Shown: one piece after another, positions 23,601-34,270 of the stretch
Numbering within the stretch: position 1 is the stretch's first letter
Layout: each line of letters starts with the position of its first letter
Source of the DNA: Sminthopsis crassicaudata
Lineage: Eukaryota
DNA: 64,000 nt
Direction: 5' to 3'
Assembly (NCBI RefSeq): GCF_048593235.1
Contig: NC_133620.1
Span: forward strand, 373,393,261 to 373,457,260
Translations under genes and position numbers: made by a program
The notes under the pieces: generated by a model
The model's database searches: none
What the model saw: the letters and a program-made list of their open reading frames with translations, nothing else
What the model was told of the DNA's origin: nothing

Positions 23601-26600
23601 CTGGAGAGTCTCTACTTCTCCTCTGAGGACTGTGTTCAAGGACCTTCTGGTCAGGGGACAAAGCTGGGAAGAGGGGGATAGAGGAGGGCTGGGAGTCCTG
23701 GGAGGGAGGGCATTTATAAGCCTAAGGGGTTATAAAGTTTAGTTGCTGGGGGAGCTGGAGGATTTAAGATGGGGCTGAGGAATTAAAGCAATATAGACCT
23801 GGATAGTGATGTGGTGCAGTGGATAGAGGGTGGGTCTGGTATCCAGAAGACTGGAGCTCAAATCCACTTTCACTCTGGATTACCCTACCAGATGTGTTAT
23901 CCCAGACAAATTGTCGCTTAATCCTATTTGCCTCGGTTATCTCATCTGTAAAATGAACAGGAGAAGGAAATGGAAAACCACTCCCATAGATCTGCAAATA
24001 TATATATACACAAAGAGAGAGAGAGAGAGGCAAGTTGTGTCAGTTAGATACAACTGGAAAAAAAAAAAAAAACCTCAACAATAAGAGTTGAGATCCTGGG
24101 AATCTGGAAACCTGAGCAAATAGGAAGTTAGGACTTTAGAAATAGAGGGATTTCGGAATTGGAAGGAGTTGGGAGAATAGTATAGAAAAGATACAAGGAA
24201 ATAAACCCCTTGAAGGTAAGGGCTGTTTGGTTTTCTGTCCCTAATACTTAGTACTACAGATGGCACAGAATAGTTATTTAATATGTAAATGCTTGCTGAA
24301 TTGTCCTAATTGACGGTTGAGGAATTGGAAGGCTGAAGGTATCTCCTGAAGTGGGAAGGGTCAGGGGAGGTTAGGAGGACTGGGAACTCTGCAGCTGGAG
24401 ATTGGAGATAGAAAAAACAAGAGAGGCTTTTTTTTGGAGGGCGGTGATGGTGGAATTAGGGGGAAAGAATGATGGAATCCCATCAATGGAACTTGGGACT
24501 GGAACTTTCTTTGTTAAGATGGGGAGACTGGAGGTCAGGACAGAGATTTAACTCTTAGAACTCTTAGAGGGTTGAGGGCTAGAGGGACAAGTTGCTGAGT
24601 CAGGCCCCCTAGGGATCTGGGGAAGGAGATGGAGATTCTCTGTGTAGAGGTTAGGAGAGGGAGGTGTTTGGAGGCAAGGGGAGCAGGAGTGGGGAACTTA
24701 AAATTCTGAATATTCCCTTCTTCAGCCTCACCTCCATTTTCCCCTCTCCCAGAGTAAAAAAGAAGAGCTGAAATTAGATGCAAAAAATATCTCAAACTCT
24801 TTTAAAGAACTGGATGCCCAAATAAAGAGTACTGAGGGCTACGACCCAGATGCATCTGGGGGACTAAAGAACGAGGACACTGAGGTGCGAGGAGTACTTA
24901 AAGGAATGAAGTTCTCCACTCAGAAGCTCTATGAAATCAAGACCAAGCTCCGTTGCCATTGTGAGTGGGGAGGCCAGAAGGGCTCCTGGTTGGGGCCTCC
25001 AGTGCTGGTCTCCAATTGTACATGGAAGGAGATAATGAGCAGGTCTTCTGAGCTTTGGATGGTTTGGGGGTATCAGTCCATCCTGGAGGAAGCTGTAGAT
25101 TTGAGAGAGGAGATGAGGGTGGGGATGGGGACCTGGATTTATATTAGAGACCCAGACAATCTCTGAAATACGCCTTCCCTCCTCCAGATATCGTGGGTGC
25201 AGCCGTTCGAAGTTGCCATCAATGGTTGGATCATAAGCATACCCAATGCATGCAGACGATCAAAGTCCCACTCCTTAACCATCTCCTGTGTCTCCCCATG
25301 ACATTCAAGTTCTTGTGCAGCATTGCTAGGGGTTAGGACGTGGGGCAATCAGTGCAAAGGAGGGAGTCACCAGGGCATGGGGTCAGAAGGGTAACAGCCA
25401 GGAATGGATTTGTGTGGCCCCTGGAACCTCTGTATGTGTGTGAGTGGGGGGTGATAATGGTGGTAGTGATGCTGAGGGTGAAAAGGGAAGGGGGGAAGAA
25501 TCTCATCTATTCCAACCTCCTTCCTAAAGCATGCTTGCCAATTATATAATCCTCCCTAACTGATCATGCAGATCCTTATATTTGTCTGAAGGCTAGAAAG
25601 GAGGGCGAGAGGGCTGGGGGCAGAGAATGAGGGGTCCTGGCAAGGAGCGTTGCAGCAGCAGAGCCCTAGGGTGGAAGGTAGCTCTCCTGACTTATTTTTC
25701 CCATGCATTGCTTCCTCTCCTCATTAGTAATGGAACCCTGGTGCCGGAATAGAATCCCAGTGGAAGGCAACTTTGGCCAGACCTATGATTCACTCAACCA
25801 GTCCATGCAAGGGATGAAAGGGGAGTTCTCTGCCCAGATAGAAATCAAGGTAGTTGTTGAAGAGTGAAAAGAGATCAGCCCGGTGATAGATGTGAGGGGT
25901 AATGGAGGAGGAAAAGGGAGGTAGGGTAAGTGGCAGCCTAGTGGATAAAGTACCTAGTCTGGAATCTGGAAGGCTCATGTTCCCGAGTTCAAATCCAACC
26001 TCAGACACTTATAGATTGTATGACCATGGGCAAGTCACTTAACCCTGTTTGTCTCAGTTTCTTCATCTGTAAAATGATCTGAAGAAGGAAATGGTAAGCT
26101 GTCAAGAAAACCCCAAATAGAGTCTTGAAGAATTAGACATAGCTGAACAATGACAAAAGCATTTATATAGTGCTTTAAGGTTTACAACACACTTTATCAA
26201 TATATAATTTAATCCTCACAAGAATCCTAGGAGGTAAATGCTGCTAATATCCCCATTTTATAGATGAGGAAATTGAGAGAGGTTTAGTGAATCGCCAGAG
26301 TTACACAGCTGGCAAGTGTCTGGGGTTGGATTTGAACTCAGGCCTTCCTGAATCCAGACCTATCACCATGCCCAGCTGTTCCAAGGAATAACATTTACAG
26401 GAATTGAGGGACCAGGGGTCATCTCAAGCTGGACCAATTTGTCTTTTATTCCTCACCCTCTTTAAACCTCCCTTTTTATTCTAGAAAGAGAAGCAAACAG
26501 CCCTGTTGGGCATCAATGTGAGCAAGGCCCAGCTGAGGGAGGAAGTGCGGGACTATGTTGAGTATCAAGTGTCCCAGCTGGATGGAGCCTTGGGGCTGCT

Positions 26601-29600
26601 TCGGATCCTGCTTTCCTGCACATTCCTGTTGGTTTTCCAGGCGTGAGACAATCATCATCTATAGTATAACCATCACATGCACCAGAACCCCTCACTTGTG
26701 CACGATCTTCTCTCTCCTCCTAGTCCCATCACACCCACAACCTCGTGGGTACAGAGGGGCAGTCCTGGGACCTCAGGGAGGGAAAGAGGGAAGTACATGA
26801 ATGCTTATGCATGTTGGGAGACCTACATTAGACAATCCAAAGCCCAATGGACTGTCTCAGCGCCCCCCACCCCACCCCACAGAGGGTTATAGAACTATTA
26901 CATCTTGCAGCTGAGAGAAATCTCAGGAACCATTAAGTCTCATTCTCTCATTTTAACACAACAGAGATCAGAAACCTAGAGAGGGGGATCCATAATTTGC
27001 TATGGGTCACACAGCTCCTGAGCAACAGATCAGGAAGGGAGAATCCAGATCTTCTGAATTCTATTCTAGCAGTCATGGAATCATTTAATCATTGATCTTT
27101 AGAGCTCAAGGGGAAATTGAAATCATCTACTGACCAATCTCATTTTATTGAGGCTTATAAAGGCTCCTTGGCTTGTTCAAGGTCATGAATCTAACTCAGA
27201 AGTCAACTCCTGCTCTTCTAAGTCTGAATTCCAATCCTTGTCCTACTATGGCAAACTGCCTCTACTTGACTGCATCTAAAGCCACCTTTATCCCTTATTT
27301 TGGATTTTGGCCACTTTTCCATTTACTTAAAAAAAGTAATAATCCTTGGAATCTTCTTTTGTCTTGATTGTTGTTTCATCTGTAAAGTCCAAAGCCTGCT
27401 TTCATTTCCTCTTGAATGATGACTGGTCAGCAATTTTCCCTCCATTTGGACCAAAGTCCTGGGCTCTTCACCAAGGCACCACACCCACCTGGGAGCAAGC
27501 TATTCCTGGGAGATTGCTTTGGGCTTCTCCCTCCACCCACCTCACTCCTCTCAAAGACTTTTGGAATCTCTGACCTTCAACTCTCACTGTTCTCCTCTTG
27601 GACACTACTCTTTACCCTTAAGTGCTGTGTGGGGGTGTTTGGGATATTAGTTCTTAGTGTTAGCTCCCTAACCATAGGAATGGTTCCTTTAGAGAAAATT
27701 TTGGAACACACGATTTTGCAAAGGTGAAAAATATCTTTGCATGCATTTGGAAAAATAAAATACTATGAAAATTTAGGAAAAAAAAGTTGGTAGTGCAGGT
27801 GGAATAGTTCTATGGATATGTTTAGCTAGAATCTAGGAAGGTAAGCAATCTAGAGAAAGATTAGAATGAGGAGCATAGCTTTGGAATCCAATTGCCTAAA
27901 AGAGATAACTAAAAAATGAGAGCAAATGAGATCCCCCAAGGAGAACGAGAGAGAAGGGAGAGAAGGGCTTCCCTGTGGAAAAAGTTAGGAAACAGCTGGG
28001 AAAAGGAAGCAAGGAAGGAGACGAGTTATTCTCTGAACTTCAGGGCCTTCTCCTACACGGACAGCTATTGCCAAGACATCCGTTTTGACAACATCTACAT
28101 CAGTACCTACTTCTACCAGATTGATCATAGAAGAAAGAAGCTGGTGAGCAGATATTGCCCAATGGTCAGCTGTAGGGCTTAAACATGATCCAGGACCCTA
28201 GAAACCTCCAGAAATCTTTCTGTGTGCCCCAGGATGGTTTCTATGTGGGTGGGGATGGGTTCAGAGGGCTAAAATGACACCTGATACTCCTTGGTGTTGC
28301 TCTATAGGGCAGAAGGAGTCTCTTGCCTCTCCGGAAAGCTGAGAAGGCCACCGTCATTTTCCCCTGCAAGCTGACTGTTCAGGCAACTGAGATTAAAAAT
28401 GTGGTGAGGAGGGCACTGCCAGATCTAGGCAGGCCTAGGCAGAGAAGGGGGGATCTTGTCTCTAGCTGGTAGGTGCCATAGGCCTCCAAAGGGATAGGAG
28501 GGATGGAGGAGCAACTTGAAGGTTCTGTCCTTCAGCCACTGTTCTCCAAGGCTAAGTGGGGGTCAAAGTCTTGGGTTCTGATTGGTGCTCCTCCAGACCT
28601 GGCAAGTCCTCTGGCGGTCTTCACAGCCATGTAATCTTGTAGTTTCGGGAGTTGCTGGAATCCTTGCCAGTGCTGATGCTGTTGCTGATTCTGTGTGTGT
28701 TGGACTGGACCTTCTATACCATCTTTGACACCATCCGCAGACACTCCTTCCTACAATACACCTTCAGCAGTAAGCCCTCTTCCCCCTCTGCCACTCCTTG
28801 CACCTCTAGCCCAATAACCCTAAGGTGTCTTTACTGGCTTCTCACTCTTTTTTTCCCTTCCCCCCTGAGGCAATTGGGGTTAAGTGACTTTCCCAGGGTC
28901 ATACAGCCAGGACGGGTTAAGTGTCTGAGGCCAGATTTGAACTCAAGTCCTCCTGACTTCAGGGCTAAACCACCTAGCTGTCCTGCTCCTCACTTTTTTG
29001 ACCAAGATATTCCTACTCTAGGAAACGCAGGAACCTTCTCTTGCCCTATCCCCACTTCTCTCCACCCTGCAGTGATAAGCAGCACAGCTCCCAGCAGATA
29101 ACTTTGCCCTCATCACAGGGACTCTCAAACACTGATTCTTTTCTCCCTTTACCCTAATCCTACTCCCAGGTAGTCACCATCTGGAAGTGAAGGTAGGGGG
29201 AGATACTATGTTGGCCAAGCTCCTAAGAAAAACGATTGGGGCCTTAAACACATCCTCTGACATTCTGATAGAATCAAGCAACACAGGTGAGTAGGTAGAG
29301 GAGTGCTCAGGTCAAAGTTAGCCAGGCTGGAAAATATTGTGGGGGATGGAATCTGAAATAACTGAGGAAACAAAGGCTGGAGCTTTTGAGCATATCGATT
29401 TACTACCATTGCATACCAATTGCATAACAAATCAGGACCAAGTTTCTCAACTTTGGCACTAGAACACGAATACAGAAGAGAGAGAATTTATTGCATTAAA
29501 AACAATAAATCAAAAGGACCAATTAATTAAATAAAAAGGGTTAACCCGGCTACAAAATTAGGTAATCTGATTTCTAATTGAAGGAAAAATGATGGGCTTT

Positions 29601-32600
29601 CTGAATCAGGGAAAAGAGCAAACAGGTGCAATTTCCTGAAACTAGAAAACAGACGTGTACCACAACCCCCAAGTATCTGTATTCAATCAAAGGGAAACAG
29701 AACTAATTGATCAGTTCAGGCCATTTTTCAGATAAGACACTTGGGTTGCTTGAGATACATAATTATAAGAAAATTCTTTGCCTCAATCTTCAGATCTAAC
29801 TGAGTTTCTAATCAGCATAATTTAGGTCCTTATCTAAGCATCTCTTAGCAACTGGTAGAGATGGTCCAGCTTTCTAGTCACGCAGGGCTAGGTTCAAACA
29901 ATGCACAGTTTTTTCACAATTCCCATAATTGAATAAGGTTTTCTCACAAGATAGAAATTGGACTAGACTCATAATTGAATAGAGAGCTTAGCTAGTTCCA
30001 AATCTGAGTCACAAGATTGGAGTCAATGTGATTCATTAAATTTCCACACTTCCTTTACTATACTGAGTTTAAAGAGCAACAACTGAGTAGTTTACAGGAA
30101 AGGAATAGGATATCAACGGGACGAGCTCTTAGTAAGTAGGGGATCAAGATCCCTCTCTCCTTCCTCAAATTGTGGTGAAGTAGGAAGAAGACTACAGAGC
30201 GGGTGGAATCCTATCTGTATTCTAGGGAAAGCCTTCTCTGTGGGGCTGCGTTTTCTCCTCCAAAAGAGTGAGGAGACTGAACTCTATGGCCTCTGAGGTG
30301 CTCCTAGGTCTAAGCCTACCGTTCTCTTTTTCTTCTGGGAAAAGGTGTAAATACTGTTTCAAAAGCTGTTCTTTTGGCAGGGCTTTTGGAAGGACTAATT
30401 CTTCTGGGTAAACTTATATCCTGCGCTCCTGCTCCTACAGCTTGCTTACCCAAGCCGATAGGCATGAGCTCCCAGGACTACATGAAGGTCTTTTTGCCTG
30501 CCGGCCTGCTGGTGCTACTCTGCCTGACACAGGCCTACAGTTATCGACTCCGAAGGGTCATTGCAGCCTTCTACTTCCCCAAGGTGACCAGGGCTCCCGA
30601 CCCTCACTTCCCTGGCTGTCACAGACTTGAACCCCTTTCCTTGAAGGCCTCAAAATGTATCTCTCCAGTCCTAAGCATGCCCAAGATGGTGGGAAGCAGG
30701 ATCGCTCCGTACCCTAAGACAGAGGCTAAGAATGATCTTGGCGTCCTGAAACTGTGAGTTGTGGGGGAGGCCCAAGCTACTCTCATCTCTCCTTCCCAGA
30801 GAGAGAAGAAGCGAATCCTGTTTTTCTATAATGAGCTCCTGAAGAAAAGACTGGTCTTCACCAAACTTCGGAGGACTATCATCATGCAGAGGGCTCAAAG
30901 GCAGGGGAAGCCTGTGAGTCCAGAACTTCCATTTTCTTCCCTCCTCCCCGGGTGGGGCTGGAAGGACCGGGATTGGATAAGAGAGGTTCTTACTTTCCAT
31001 GTTTCAGCGAGCACCAGCAAGTAAACCCCGGGATTTAGGGCTAGGAGAGACCCTTAGAAATCACCTACTCCAGTCTCACCTTGTACAGGAGAGGAAAGAG
31101 GAAGTCATTTATCCACGTTCATAAAAGAACCCAAATCTGAATCCAGGGCTTCTGACTCCCCATGGAATACTTGTTCTGGTTCATTAGCACTGAAAATAAG
31201 ATACGAAAGGAGCCTGGCGGTCCAAACTTCCTCTTTCTTCCCACACTCCCTACTGTCTTCTGGGAGTCTGCAGTCAGTTAGGACGCGGGGTAGCTTGGCA
31301 GAAAAGATCCGAGTGCTGAACTGGAGTCAGCAAAACCCGAGTTCGAACTCTGCTTCAGACCCAACAGCCCCGGACAGATCACTTGACTCAGTTTCCTCAT
31401 CTGTAAAATGAGAACACCTGTGGCAAAAGACTTGTGAGAATCAAAGGAGATGATATAGGGTAACCTTTCAGCCACTTTAATCTCCATAGGAAAGTTGATG
31501 TGATTCAAGAGACCTTTACTCTGGACTTGTTAAACTCAACTCCCTAAGTATTAAGTGCTGTGCTAGTGCTGAGGAAACAGTCCCCGCCCTGCAGGAGTGC
31601 ACATTCTAACGCGGAAAACATGGAAATAATTAGGCACATGGCAGAGTAGCTGGGAGGTTATCTCGGGGGCAGCTAGGTGGCGCCATAGTGCACAGGAAGC
31701 CGCCTGAAGTCAGGAAGGCCTCAGACACCTGTGATCTTGGGCAAGTCACCTAGCTGTTTGCCTCAGTTTCCTCATCTGTAAAATGGGCAACAGAAGGAAA
31801 TGACAACCCCCCCCCCCAGGATCTTTGCCAAGAAAACTCCAGCTGGACATGATTGAAACAACAAAACAAAAGAAGTTGAGATTTGAACTTCATCCCTAAG
31901 GAAGCCAGAAAAAGTAAGAGGTAAAAGCAGGCCTGGCGGACACAGTTCAAAGGCTCGAAGACAGGATATGGAGGACGCCAAACAGAAGACTCTATGTGTG
32001 ATTCCTGGAGAAGTGGGGAGAAAAGAGGAACTGAAACGGGGTCGGCCTACGTTTTAGGAAATTCATTTTGGCAGCGAAGCAAGGGATGGATTAGGGAGGG
32101 GGGGGAAGAGCCGAAGCGAGGGGCTAATTAGAACGCTCCTGCCACTGTGCGCCCACACTGGAGTAGCGACTGCGGGAATAAGCATGCATGCGTACGTGCG
32201 TGTCTCTGTGCACACGGCGCACATTTGTGTGCTTGCACTGCACCCGTTAGAGCCGTCATAATGACAAGATTTGGCTACGTGTGGAAGATGGGAGTCAAGC
32301 TAACGTTAGAATGACAGAGGCCTTGCCTCCGAGCCTTGAGCACACTCATGGTTAACTGATGACATGGAGACAGGGGGCAGTCGGAGAGACAGAGACTCGA
32401 GACCCTGGAGAGAAGAGTCACGAAAACTTAGAGAAGGATAAGCATGTAGTAGGCACCCCCCAGTGCCAAGCGCTGTGCTATTAGTGTGGGCATACAAAGA
32501 AAGGGCAAAAAAGTCCCTAAACTCACAATGGAACAGGGGAAACCACATGAAAATAACTACATACAAATGACGTATTCAGGACCACAGAGAGGTCAAGGAT

Positions 32601-33411
32601 GCAGAGGATTTTATTTTGTTTTATTTGGTTTTTTTAAATACATATTAAAACACATTATAATACACTGAAAAATCAGAAGAAAAGAGGAAAAGCCAAGAGA
32701 GAGAAAAATTCAGAAAAAAGAAGTGAACGTAGCATGTGTTCTACTTAACAATTAGAGATCCTTGGTTCCTTTGGAGAGGGCTGGATAGATAAAACGTTTT
32801 ACAGATATCTTCCCATTCTATCCCACAACCACCTGAGAGTAAGGTGCTATTAATATTCCCATGCTACAGATGAGGAAACTGAGGCTGCCTGAGGTCATAC
32901 AGAAAGTATTTGGGGCAGGATTTTAATTTGACCCTAAGGAAATGTGTAGGGTGAGGAATGGAGATGGACGCTAGACTTGCAAGTGTGTCTCCAGGAGAGG
33001 AAAGAGGCCGAGAGACCGGAAAACATTAGCGCGTGTTCACAGCCGGAAAATGTGAGGAGCAGAATTTAAACCCAGATCTCAGTGATTCCTTTCTGCCCCT
33101 TTCCGGTGAGAGTTCGCCATGGCAGGACAATGAGGAGCCGCTCTTTCTCTCCCTCACAGCGCCACCGTCTGGTGGACTTGTGTTACCGCCGCTGCCCTCT
33201 CTTGCGGTACCTCCTGCGCAGGCGCTGCGTGGTCTGCCAGGCCTCCGAGACGTCTGAGTCCTACGTGTGCCCGACCCCGGACTGCGGGGCTGTGTACTGC
33301 GCCTCGTGCTGGATAGACATGGGGAAGACGTGCCCGGCGTGCACTCCTCGCGACGAGCTCTCCTCCTCGGCCTACAGCAATAGCTCAGACGACGCCACCT
33401 ATGCGGAGTGA
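20542..33411 (+). CDS. DCST1: DC-STAMP domain-containing protein 1 (sperm-egg fusion factor), 16 coding exons, 706 aa
   Basis: Exons: 20542-20611, 20869-20994, 21540-21614, 22776-22904, 23510-23649, 24753-24960, 25188-25331, 25728-25849, 26485-26642, 28044-28143, 28308-28403, 28643-28769, 29170-29286, 30441-30583, 30800-30913, 33160-33411. All GT-AG, total 2121 nt. C-terminal finger CVVC..CPTPDC..CASC..CPAC intact. Confidence 0.96.
20869..20994 (+). CDS. DCST1: DCST1 coding exon 2
   Basis: [10 protein letters not shown]...[24 protein letters not shown]. Confidence 0.94.
21030..21435 (-). mobile_element. CR1/L3 LINE 3' fragment
   Basis: attgttaggaagttctttcctgacatcaagcttaaattg...cagcctttcaaatatttagagacagct matches the recalled L3 pattern. 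Confidence 0.65.
21540..21614 (+). CDS. DCST1: DCST1 coding exon 3
   Basis: [24 protein letters not shown]. Confidence 0.94.
21960..22175 (-). mobile_element. Mar1/MIR-like SINE, reverse
   Basis: ttttcttgg...aaaatactggagtggtttg...agatgaggaaac...ttaagtgacttgcccaagatcatacagct. Confidence 0.7.
22776..22904 (+). CDS. DCST1: DCST1 coding exon 4
   Basis: [29 protein letters not shown]... Confidence 0.95.
23510..23649 (+). CDS. DCST1: DCST1 coding exon 5
   Basis: [25 protein letters not shown]...FKDLL. Confidence 0.95.
24753..24960 (+). CDS. DCST1: DCST1 coding exon 6
   Basis: SKKEELK...[15 protein letters not shown]. Confidence 0.93.
25188..25331 (+). CDS. DCST1: DCST1 coding exon 7
   Basis: IVGAAVRSC...[22 protein letters not shown]. 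Confidence 0.93.
25728..25849 (+). CDS. DCST1: DCST1 coding exon 8
   Basis: [25 protein letters not shown]... Confidence 0.95.
25915..26150 (+). mobile_element. Mar1-like SINE, followed by an oppositely oriented MIR (to about 26380)
   Basis: ggcagcctagtggataaagtacc...gagttcaaatcc...gggcaagtcacttaaccc...gaaggaaatgg. Confidence 0.75.
26485..26642 (+). CDS. DCST1: DCST1 coding exon 9
   Basis: KEKQTALLG...EVRDYV...[11 protein letters not shown]. Confidence 0.94.
28044..28143 (+). CDS. DCST1: DCST1 coding exon 10
   Basis: [33 protein letters not shown]. Confidence 0.95.
28308..28403 (+). CDS. DCST1: DCST1 coding exon 11
   Basis: [21 protein letters not shown]... Confidence 0.95.
28643..28769 (+). 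CDS. DCST1: DCST1 coding exon 12
   Basis: FRELLESLP...[16 protein letters not shown]. Confidence 0.95.
28850..28985 (-). mobile_element. WSINE1-like SINE, reverse
   Basis: gaggcaattggggttaagtgactttcccagggtcatacagc...gtgtctgaggccagatttgaactcaagtcctcctgac...ccacctagctg. Confidence 0.75.
29170..29286 (+). CDS. DCST1: DCST1 coding exon 13
   Basis: [29 protein letters not shown]... Confidence 0.95.
29385..30363 (-). mobile_element. Probable solo LTR (ERV-like) insertion, antisense, in a DCST1 intron
   Basis: Ends TTTGA...TCAAA flanked by AGCT on both sides; minus-strand AATAAA at 29492-29487, about 100 bp from the 3' end; internal direct repeat CATAATTGAATA at 29924 and 29970. Confidence 0.55.
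30441..30583 (+). CDS. DCST1: DCST1 coding exon 14
   Basis: CLPKP...[14 protein letters not shown]. Confidence 0.95.
30800..30913 (+). CDS. DCST1: DCST1 coding exon 15
   Basis: [17 protein letters not shown]...QGKP. Confidence 0.95.
31665..31870 (+). mobile_element. Mar1-like SINE
   Basis: ggggcagctaggtggcgccatagtgcacag...gggcaagtcacc...cctcagtttcctcatctgtaaaatgg...tttgccaagaaaactcc. Confidence 0.8.
32620..32770 (-). mobile_element. L1 3'-end fragment
   Basis: T-rich start (poly-A in reverse) then ...gaaaaaagaagtgaacgtagcatgtg, as in recalled marsupial L1 3' UTRs. Confidence 0.5.
33160..33411 (+). CDS. DCST1: DCST1 last coding exon (Cys finger)
   Basis: RHRLVDL...RRCVVCQ...[26 protein letters not shown]. 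Confidence 0.95.
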   Translation, partial: RHRLVDLCYRRCPLLRYLLRRRCVVCQASETSESYVCPTPDCGAVYCASCWIDMGKTCPACTPRDELSSSAYSNSSDDATYAE

Positions 33412-33512
33412 GGGGGGATCGGGCAGGAACAGAGCAGTCGCCCTCGTGTGTCACGCTCATTCCCCACGTGCCCGGGTCGGCCCGGCCCGGCCTTCTCTCC
33501 CAAACCCCGCTC

Positions 33513-33518
33513 AATAAA
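33513..33518 (+). terminator. DCST1 polyadenylation signal AATAAA
   Basis: About 100 nt after the stop codon. Confidence 0.8.
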
Positions 33519-34191
33519 ACTGCCTAATTGCAAAGCGGGCCTGGTCAAACCGAGAACGGGGAGGGGCTCCCCAAGGCGCGGCCTGACCGCTCCCGATCCT
33601 TGGGGCTCTCTGGCTGACCCCGCCCGCGCTGGAGCGGGCCGGGCCGGGGAGCCACCGCGGTGAGGGGGGACGCTGTGGGGAGCCGTCACACGGGATTAGG
33701 GGCACCTGGGCCGGGCGAAAGGAGCGGCTGCCTCCTGAGCCGGTCCGACCGGGAAGCAACTTTGGGTCACGCCCCGGGATCGCCCACTGCGGGGGTTGGC
33801 CGGGAAGCTGGGGCCTGCAACCTGGCATAGGAGGTGGGGCTAAGGCGGCATCTAAGGCTGGGGGCGGGGCCTTAGCGGGAATCAGAGCAGGGAGCCTTGC
33901 TCCAGGAGGCAGGACCTAGTTTGGGGGGCGGGGTCTTGGTTGAGTTTAAGAGCTGGACCCGTCCTGATGGGTGGGGCTAGATTCATGGGCGTGGTCTGGG
34001 CTGGGGTCAGAGCTGGGAGCGCGGCCGACGGGGTGGGGCCAAATCCGGGGGCGGGGCCGGGCCTGGGAGAGGCGCTGGGCGGCCTCGGCCGCGGAGATCT
34101 CTGCGGAGCCGGCGCCTCGGCTGCCACAGCCGCCGCCGCAGCTTCACTGCCCAGCACCTGCTGCCCTCGCCCGGCCCCGGGCACCGCTGCC

Positions 34192-34270
34192 ATGCGGCTG
34201 GCGCTGCTCTGGGCACTAGGGCTCCTGGGCGCCGGGAGTCCCATGCCCTCGGGGCCCCTCTTGGACACAG
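34192..34270 (+). CDS. ADAM15: ADAM15 exon 1 (signal peptide)
   Basis: [26 protein letters not shown] g|gtgagc. Confidence 0.96.

Noticed and set aside
31008-31020. 13-nt microexon-like segment (tttcag|cgagcaccagcaa|gtaaac) in the last DCST1 intron
   Set aside because: It would frameshift; the flanking exons already join in frame to give 706 aa.
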